Assembly: GCF_000009705.1 (NCBI RefSeq)
Contig: NC_003272.1
Coordinates: forward strand, 1,920,001 to 1,952,000
DNA length: 32,000 nucleotides
Source: Nostoc sp. PCC 7120 = FACHB-418
GTDB lineage: Bacteria > Cyanobacteriota > Cyanobacteriia > Cyanobacteriales > Nostocaceae
Reading direction: 5' to 3'
The first letter of the stretch is position 1. Each line of letters opens with the position of its first letter. The notes under the pieces are model-generated. The model worked only from the letters and a program-made list of their open reading frames with translations. It was not told the origin of the DNA and made no database searches. This document shows, in pieces, positions 27,001 to 32,000 of the stretch. A program made the translations under genes and the position numbers.

Positions 27001-28864
27001 GATAAACTCGTGGTTCTTGTTCTAAGCATTGTTTGACTGCTGCTGGTGAAGCCATTAACACATGACTACTCCATAAATTTTCCCCAGTCGGTTCGCCCCA
27101 ATATTCTGCTACTGTTTGTTTTGTCCCAATTAAGCGATCGCGAAACAGTGGGGAAGAATGGATATATTGACTTCCTGCATCAGCATTAGGCCAAACTCCC
27201 AAACTATACATCATGGTACTTTCCCCCATGCTGTAACCAAAAGCTGCCTGGGGTTGAATCTGGAAATATTGCTGCATAATGTCCGTGAACATCACCGCAA
27301 AACCAGTTCCGGTTTCTAGTAGGGATAAAGGCTTGGCGATAAACTCAGTTTCTAAGGCTTCTAAATCTCGCTGTGATAGGGAATATTGGCTTCTGGGGTA
27401 GAGTTGTTTTGCTTGTAAGAATTGATTTGGATCATTAACTAAGCTGGCGATGCGGTTCCACAATTGGGGAAACAATTGGAACAGATTGCGTCCCATACCT
27501 AAATAGGAATTAAAAGCCCCTGGATAAACAAAAGCGATTTTTCCCTGTTTACCGAGGGGTTTGGGAGTAAAATAGCTTCCTTTAGGGCTTTTCCAAGATT
27601 TTCCTTCCCTAAATGCTTTCTCAATACCTTTTTTCGCTTGTTTAATTTCCCGTTGTAGGGTTTCTTTGTTGTCGCCAACAATCGCCACAACATAAGGGGA
27701 CTGGGAATTACGTTGAAACTGGCTAAAATTTTCTTGGGCAGTCTGAGGTAAAGATAAACTAGTTTCAATTCTGGCAGCTAAATCATCTAGTTGTGTCTGC
27801 AAAGATGAAGCGTCATCAGCCGCGATGGGGAAAAGGTAAAAGGAAGCGTAGGGTAAATAGCTAAGACTACGACTGGTTTGGGTCGGATCTTCCGAGAGAA
27901 GAATATGACCATAAATGCCATCTTCTGCAACCATATTCACAGCAGCTTGGCGCTTTTCCTGATTTTTTGACAAAAACCAAGGATAAGAACTTGTAGGCAC
28001 ATAAAAAGGGCTATTTTGCCAGATTTCCGGGTGTTGGGGTTGCTGCCATTGGGGGTATGCTGGCAAATAGCGATTATAAACACATAGGGCTGTTTTAATT
28101 AAGCTAATGATTCCCGCCGCAATACCCAAATCACCCAAATTTGCCTTGACGCTACCTACAGCGCAGGTTAGGTCATGTTGATGGGTAGCGTAAGCATTAA
28201 TTAAGCCGGTAAATTCTGGGCTATTTTCTTCTACAAGGCTTTGGTGGCAAACTTCAATATAGCCAACCTCTGAAGGGCTGATGTTGGCTTGTTGCAAAGC
28301 TTTTTGACAACTTTGTTGAATTGCTACAGATGAAGGAGAGAGGGTATCTGCAATGCGGGTAAAGCTTTCTAGTACCGCATAGATGCGATCGCCATCTTTT
28401 TGAGCCACTGCATAATCTTTTACAATAATGGCTCCACCATGAACGCTATGAGTATTAAGCTCAGAATTGACTACACTAATAATGACGGTATCAACTTCTT
28501 TCGCAGTTAACAGCAGTTGGGCGATTTCTAAAGCTTTAAGTAAACAATCTTTCTGTCCATCTAAATTAAATGTAATCGCTGAAAAATTCCATAAATTAGA
28601 TAGATGTTTTCCCAAATTCTCTGCCGTTACGGTTTGATTGTTGGCGGTAATGACAGCAACATTTTTATAACAATTAACTTGGCAGTCTTGCAGGGCTTGA
28701 TGAGATATTTTCGATAAAACAGTGAAAGATTCTACCCCGGTATCAAGATGATTAATGTCTTTGATGGTCTTGCCATCATAAATTAAGGCTGAGAATATTT
28801 CCGAATTTAAATGCTGATTTAAAAAGCAATCTAAGCCAACAATAGCAAGTCGAGAATGTGCCAT
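24059..28864 (-). CDS. PUFA-synthase-like multidomain protein: KS-like chain-length-factor domain, acyltransferase, two FabA-type dehydratase domains (PfaB/PfaC-like)
   Basis: The KS-like N-terminus lacks the Cys-His-His triad (see findings). AT domain: FVYPGAFNSYLGMGRNL and GYSMGES. Two FabA-type motifs: EDWYYFCHFRNDPTMPGNLMIEGCIQL and QDWYFPFHFYQDPVMPGALGVESIIQA, each preceded by a pseudo-hotdog half. The likely start is the ATG at 28864 (MAHSRLAIVGLD), with GGAG 8 nt upstream. The track start at 28945 overlaps the upstream gene. Confidence 0.9.
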   Translation of the reverse strand: MAHSRLAIVGLDCFLNQHLNSEIFSALIYDGKTIKDINHLDTGVESFTVLSKISHQALQDCQVNCYKNVAVITANNQTVTAENLGKHLSNLWNFSAITFNLDGQKDCLLKALEIAQLLLTAKEVDTVIISVVNSELNTHSVHGGAIIVKDYAVAQKDGDRIYAVLESFTRIADTLSPSSVAIQQSCQKALQQANISPSEVGYIEVCHQSLVEENSPEFTGLINAYATHQHDLTCAVGSVKANLGDLGIAAGIISLIKTALCVYNRYLPAYPQWQQPQHPEIWQNSPFYVPTSSYPWFLSKNQEKRQAAVNMVAEDGIYGHILLSEDPTQTSRSLSYLPYASFYLFPIAADDASSLQTQLDDLAARIETSLSLPQTAQENFSQFQRNSQSPYVVAIVGDNKETLQREIKQAKKGIEKAFREGKSWKSPKGSYFTPKPLGKQGKIAFVYPGAFNSYLGMGRNLFQLFPQLWNRIASLVNDPNQFLQAKQLYPRSQYSLSQRDLEALETEFIAKPLSLLETGTGFAVMFTDIMQQYFQIQPQAAFGYSMGESTMMYSLGVWPNADAGSQYIHSSPLFRDRLIGTKQTVAEYWGEPTGENLWSSHVLMASPAAVKQCLEQEPRVYLTHVNAPQEVVIAGDPQGCLRVIERLQCDAFRSPSDMVLHCEAMQSEFAAFMQLNTVNMGTPPDTVFYSSANYQPIPLEQLAIAQNLSQGVCQPLEFPRLIDRAYQDGVRIFLELGSGGSCSRWITETLQTQDHLAMCVNRRGADDLATIVKMLAQLVSHKVDLDLSPLYLPQETPTQITTLKETVPTSVASLPCLFNEDDILEFIEGKVSKVFGENYQEIDSYTRRVRMPSPPFLFVSRVTQLEGKLGNYKSGFIETEYDIPPDAWYTIDGQLTVGICKETGHGLLMLLSYLGTDFENQGKRSFRLLDLSATFLFEQPEAIKTLKCRVKITSSVKTEKSLLIFFQGEALIGDQVWMKLHDGCAGLFSDEELEQGQGIVVSESEARERQRITKQQFTPLLTCSKSNFTSEDILALTLGDLVKCFGERYQQNSINPSLRLPPAKLLMLDNVMMVNPQGGVAGLGLAIGSKEVTPEDWYYFCHFRNDPTMPGNLMIEGCIQLVQFYCLFLGLQTRTKDARFQIIPGKTQAARFRGQVTPQTGTLMYQMEVLELGLSPQPYAVANVDVIFGGKTIATIKNIGVQLVEKPLAIKNSITELNHQPVLFNEEQLKQFAKGSVSACLGSEFDIYENRQSVRLPNGEFQLVSRVLEVEGKRHELQKNSQIITEYDVKPDAWFYEHNAYPNLPYCTYIEIAGQPCIFLGVYMGATLLSPDDDLHFRNLDGQGKILKEIDLRNKTITDKVRLLSTTAIKGAIIQKYEFELSCEGEPFYRGNMVFGDFSTAVLANQVGLDGGKRLKPWYQEHETSALNLTTILLKDPNWRQKLYQINPNKPHYRLSEKYLDFLDEMLIIEGGGNYQKGYIYARKSITPQDWYFPFHFYQDPVMPGALGVESIIQAMQAYALQLDLGKSFRNPRFGQAINHEITWKYRGQITPENHLMSLEVHISKIEVESERITIIADASLWKEDLRIYEIKDIALCLVEA

Positions 28865-28916
28865 AGATACTCCAAGAAGACGAATACATGATTGGGTTTG
28901 TAGAGAAAGACAACAA

Positions 28917-30674
28917 TTACATACAAACAGTATTTTTAGAAGCAACCGTATTATTTAGAAATAATTGATTCAAACGCGCACTTGAAGTTACCTGCATATT
29001 AGTAGCTTCTAGATATACTTTTCCTTGAATATCATGGGCGATCGCACTGGCAACTACTTTAGTTTCACTCTGCTCTTCAATAGATAAATTAATCAAAAAT
29101 TCCTGGTTAAAAGGAAGAGTATAAAACTGTTTCAATGCCGTTAATTCTAGCGGTAAACTACCTAAGCCATAGGTTTGTCTTACCCAGATTAATAAACATT
29201 GAAAAAACATATCGGCTGTGTAAGGGTTAAAAGACTGCGTTAAAAATTGCCCTTGTTCAGCAGGAGATATTTCTGGTAAAAAACATGAAGCAATTAATTT
29301 ATTAGCAGTGATTTCGAGAATCTTTTGAATACCTCTAAATCTCTGATGATGAAATAAAATCCCCTCCTGATAAGGGTTTAAACTCAAAGAAGATTCATAA
29401 TAGTTAAAATCTTCAAAAGTTAAAGCTTGTTGAGCATGGGATTTTTGACTAATATTGATTAATGCCCGATAATGATATAAAGGAATGCCTTTAGGGGTTT
29501 CACTCCAAATCAACGCTTCTAACTGAATTTCTTCCTCGGATTTTTCTACTTCGGTTAAATCAAGACAGTATAAATTAGCTAAGTTATCATCAAAAACAAT
29601 ACCCTTAAGCACCTTATATTTTTGACAACTCAAAAAATGATAACCAGGATAAAATTGCTCGCAAATATTTGTCATCCAAGCTAAGGCACAGACGGCAGGT
29701 AAAACAGCATTACCGCCGATTACATGATCGTAAACAAAAGGATTACCCTGTAAGGTTAAGCGCCGATATAAACGATAACTATGTTTTTCTGGGCTAAAAG
29801 CTTTTGGTAAGACGGAAATTCCTTGACTCATAATAATAAGTTGGGGAACTTTTGTGTGGTCTTGGGTTAACTCTTCCGCCAAAATTTCTGCCCCTACCCT
29901 GAGAGGAATTAGTTTAATATTTTTTTGTGTAAATAATTGTTTCAGTTGCGGTGTTACCATACCTCCATCCCAAGGCCCCCATCCAAAAGAAACCACATGG
30001 CACTCTGGATATTTTCTTTGCAACAAATAAGCGTATTTATTTAAAATTTCATTAGCTAATGAGTAGTCAGATTGACCGACATTGCCATAAAAAGAAACAA
30101 AAGAAGAAAATAAAGCAATAAACTTTAATTGTGCGATATCGACACAATTTATTAAACTGTGTAAACCTTCTATTTTTACATTATAAACAGTTTGAAAATC
30201 CTGTTCTGTTTTATGCTCAATTAACTTGTCTGCCAGATTTCCTGCCCCATGAATAATACCTGTAATTCTTCCCAAGCGTGCGACGACAGGAGCTAATGCA
30301 GATTTTAAAGCAGAGGTATCTGTCACATCAATACTTAAATATTCTGCTTCACCGCCTCCTTGTTTAATATCAGCTAGGGTTTGATAAATTTCCCGACTTT
30401 GGCATATTTTTTTATAAAGATTCTGCACTTTTATGGGCGTTGGTTTTTCTTGCTGCTCTATTAAATGTTGCATAATTCGTTTTTTTAACTCCGACTCATC
30501 AACACAACCAATGCTCCATTCCGGTTCTGTTGCTAAAATTGCAGAACGACCCAACAGAATAAATTTGCACTGATATTTTCGAGCCAAATAAATAATACAT
30601 TCCGATGTGATTCCTCTGCCACCACCACTGACAACAACGACAGATGATGAATTTAGTTTAGTATGAGTATTCAT
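28917..30674 (-). CDS. Ketoreductase (catalytic subdomain) plus PKS-type dehydratase didomain protein of the Pfa/Hgl-like system
   Basis: Rossmann motif VVVVSGGGRGITSECIIYLA...ILLGRS. SDR catalytic region SSFVSFYGNVGQSDYSLANE. Then a PS-DH hotdog with FVYDHVIGGNAVLPAVCAL (HxxxGxxxxP). Confidence 0.88.
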   Translation of the reverse strand: MNTHTKLNSSSVVVVSGGGRGITSECIIYLARKYQCKFILLGRSAILATEPEWSIGCVDESELKKRIMQHLIEQQEKPTPIKVQNLYKKICQSREIYQTLADIKQGGGEAEYLSIDVTDTSALKSALAPVVARLGRITGIIHGAGNLADKLIEHKTEQDFQTVYNVKIEGLHSLINCVDIAQLKFIALFSSFVSFYGNVGQSDYSLANEILNKYAYLLQRKYPECHVVSFGWGPWDGGMVTPQLKQLFTQKNIKLIPLRVGAEILAEELTQDHTKVPQLIIMSQGISVLPKAFSPEKHSYRLYRRLTLQGNPFVYDHVIGGNAVLPAVCALAWMTNICEQFYPGYHFLSCQKYKVLKGIVFDDNLANLYCLDLTEVEKSEEEIQLEALIWSETPKGIPLYHYRALINISQKSHAQQALTFEDFNYYESSLSLNPYQEGILFHHQRFRGIQKILEITANKLIASCFLPEISPAEQGQFLTQSFNPYTADMFFQCLLIWVRQTYGLGSLPLELTALKQFYTLPFNQEFLINLSIEEQSETKVVASAIAHDIQGKVYLEATNMQVTSSARLNQLFLNNTVASKNTVCM

Positions 30675-30898
30675 GATGAGAATTAAGTAATTGCCAGTTT
30701 TTATTTATCGACTACAACTGTTAAATGAAACGAGTAATAATATCATGTTCGTCCAAATTCAAATAATATCTGTGGCGCTTGGTAGTTGGTAATGGGTAAT
30801 AGTGAAAAATACCTGTTAGCTATTACCCCACATCAAACCAAATTATATGTAATTAGCCGAACTTGATATAATCTATTGCTAATGGACAAAATTTAACT

Positions 30899-30930
30899 GG
30901 AGTTTAGTTGAGATTATTTTCCTAAACTCC
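30899..30930 (-). terminator. Stem-loop immediately downstream of the stop at 30938 (candidate intrinsic terminator or attenuator inside the cluster)
   Basis: Perfect 9-bp inverted repeat GGAGTTTAG (30899-30907) / CTAAACTCC (30922-30930) with a 14-nt loop. On the minus strand it is followed by AGTTAAATTTTG. The T-tract is weak and the stem is AT-rich, hence the low confidence. Confidence 0.3.
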
Positions 30931-30937
30931 TGACAAT

Positions 30938-31825
30938 TTAAACTCCTAAATCAGCCAATTCACAAGTCAAAGTAACACGACCTTTTGTGGTATAGCCCAC
31001 TTCTTGAATTAAGGCATTGGGATCATGTAGTTCTGCCAGAATAATTTGAGCAGTAGTAGCTGCATCTAAATCAGGGCTAATATCAAGGGAACGACAAAAT
31101 ACAGCAGGCCACTCTAAATTTAAGGTTTTGGTTAATCCAAATAATCCGCCACTAACTGCACTAAAATCCTGTTGTCCACTTAATCCAAACTCTCCATCTA
31201 AATGAGCCAAAGTCAGAAAACTGCTCCTTCCTTGGTTTGCCGCTTGAGTGAGGCTAGATTTGAGATGTTTGGCTAATAAAAATACTTGCTTAAGAATTGC
31301 CTTATCAGGATTTACTAGAGTATCTGGTTGATTGTAAAGGTACTGGCTGATAGGGTGTAAATGGATAAAAGTGCCAATCAAACCGTAGGTCTGGAAAATC
31401 CCTGCTAATTGATCTTGTAAATGTTCTTCGCTCAAATTGGTCAGAATTACTCGGTGAACTGTAGCAGGAAGGATAGGACGCTTAGGAACTAAAGAATTTG
31501 GGAAACTGAGAACTATAACCTGCCATCCGCGATCGCTTAAACATTGAGCCACTTCAGTCGTGGTTGATGAACCATCGTCGGTTAATAAACAAGTTTGGTA
31601 AGGAGTGTTAGGAACATTCCAAAAATCAGGGGCGGGTAAAGACATCAGTTTCACCTGGTAACGTCCAATCTCTCCATGACTCCGAGGATTCGGAGCCACA
31701 TTAACTAAGCTATTTTTTTTCTGCCACCATGATTTGTCCTGCCAAATATTGGACAATTTGTGCCAGGGTACGCTTTTCCGCCAGTTCTTCGGGGCTAAGT
31801 TTGGGTAACTGAGGAAAAGATTCAT
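30938..31825 (-). CDS. KR structural (pseudo-KR) subdomain segment as found inside PfaA/HglE-type proteins; true 5-prime end uncertain
   Basis: QTCLLTDDGSSTTTEVAQCLSDRGWQVIVL ... FLTLAHLDGEFGLSG...GGLFGLTKTLNLEWPAVFCRSLDISPDLD matches the region that lies between the ACPs and the catalytic KR in PfaA (GLTKTL-x-EWP-x-VFCR block, from memory). The first ~38 codons of the track ORF overlap the ACP frame and are probably not coding in this frame. The real entry is either a frameshift at 31713-31720 or an internal start (GTG 31654 / ATG 31645). Confidence 0.7.
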   Translation of the reverse strand: MNLFLSYPNLAPKNWRKSVPWHKLSNIWQDKSWWQKKNSLVNVAPNPRSHGEIGRYQVKLMSLPAPDFWNVPNTPYQTCLLTDDGSSTTTEVAQCLSDRGWQVIVLSFPNSLVPKRPILPATVHRVILTNLSEEHLQDQLAGIFQTYGLIGTFIHLHPISQYLYNQPDTLVNPDKAILKQVFLLAKHLKSSLTQAANQGRSSFLTLAHLDGEFGLSGQQDFSAVSGGLFGLTKTLNLEWPAVFCRSLDISPDLDAATTAQIILAELHDPNALIQEVGYTTKGRVTLTCELADLGV

Positions 31826-32000
31826 GTAGAGTTCCCATAATTTCTACACGCTTGATGGAGTCCACGCCTAAATCCGCTTCTAAATCCATCTCTAATTCCA
31901 ACATTTCTGTAGGATAACCAGTTTTATCACTGACAACCTCCATTAATGCTCGGCTAATGTAACTTTCACTAGCCGCAGGAGAAGCAGTTTCAGTGACAAC
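31710..32000 (-). CDS. C-terminal ACP domain of a PfaA/HglE-like synthase (5-prime end beyond the right edge of the window)
   Basis: The frame is open from the window edge: VVTETASPAASESYISRALMEVVSDKTGYPTEMLELEMDLEADLGVDSIKRVEIMGTL.... It contains the phosphopantetheine attachment motif LGVDSIKRVE. It ends at a TAG directly after an A8 run. Confidence 0.85.
   Translation of the reverse strand, partial: VVTETASPAASESYISRALMEVVSDKTGYPTEMLELEMDLEADLGVDSIKRVEIMGTLHESFPQLPKLSPEELAEKRTLAQIVQYLAGQIMVAEKK

Noticed and set aside
25317-27768. Shadow ORFs inside the CLF-AT-DH-DH gene (25317..25514-, 25587..25838+, 26029..26238+, 26808..27005+, 27499..27768-) and 22625..22816+, 21274..21501+, 19155..19373+, 19507..19797+
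   Set aside because: All are nested in or antisense to genes with strong domain evidence. None has motifs of its own.
28865-28945. N-terminal 27 codons of track ORF 24059..28945 (MLLKILFVCNCCLSLQTQSCIRLLGVS)
   Set aside because: They overlap the end of the upstream KR-DH gene. They are Cys/Leu-rich and non-homologous. A better start (ATG 28864 with an upstream GGAG) precedes the conserved KS-like MAHSRLAIVGLD.
1-32000. Search for tRNA, rRNA, tmRNA, CRISPR repeats, and integrase/recombinase or toxin-antitoxin genes
   Set aside because: Reading the intergenic regions (1224-2148, 5536-5874, 7264-7861, 11974-12369, 16807-17097, 17419-17533, 18047-18253, 20146-21107, 30675-30937) showed no cloverleaf-like or rRNA-like sequence, no short repeat-spacer arrays, and no ORF with tyrosine or serine recombinase motifs.

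Overview
This window looks like cyanobacterial chromosome, probably from a filamentous Nostocales-type genome. The evidence is 21 copies of the HIP1 octamer GCGATCGC (counted by eye), a BicA-like SulP transporter, Hgl/Pfa-type lipid synthase genes and Nostoc-style small dispersed repeats. No rRNA, tRNA or CRISPR array was seen.

Content from left to right:
(1) A partial DUF4114-repeat gene on the minus strand, absent from the ORF track.
(2) A copper module: a P1B-1 Cu(I) ATPase, a cupredoxin-like membrane protein and a MerR/CueR-like regulator. Two MerR-type promoters share one operator dyad.
(3) A 68-bp duplicate of the moaE 3-prime end, followed by about 1.7 kb of truncated gene remnants (YIP1-like, hydrolase-like, AI-2E transporter).
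(4) A SulP / tandem-USP / BicA-like SulP cluster.
(5) An ISAs1-type transposase scrap.
(6) A 1381-aa APAF-1/NB-ARC STAND NTPase with no N-terminal effector domain. Its C-terminal 2.26 kb is about 24 near-identical 31/32-aa helical repeats, and two 93-bp units are identical at the DNA level.
(7) Directly upstream of it, a decayed McrB-like AAA+ gene.
(8) An orphan 106-aa ORF.
(9) An intact moaE gene.
(10) A REC-PAS-HK-REC hybrid kinase split by a frameshift at an A8 run.
(11) An MFS transporter and a PUFA-synthase-like (Pfa/Hgl-type) gene set: PfaD-type ER, CLF-AT-DH-DH, KR-DH, a stand-alone KR structural subdomain and the ACP end of a PfaA-like protein.

Most interesting observations:
- The NLR-like STAND protein with a hypervariable patch inside otherwise homogenised repeats, sitting in what looks like a decayed defense or mobile patch.
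- The 68-bp direct repeats, exactly 12,001 bp apart, that make the moaE 3-prime end look like an attachment site.
- The unusual splitting of the Pfa-like synthase.

All family assignments come from motif recognition by eye. No database search was run.
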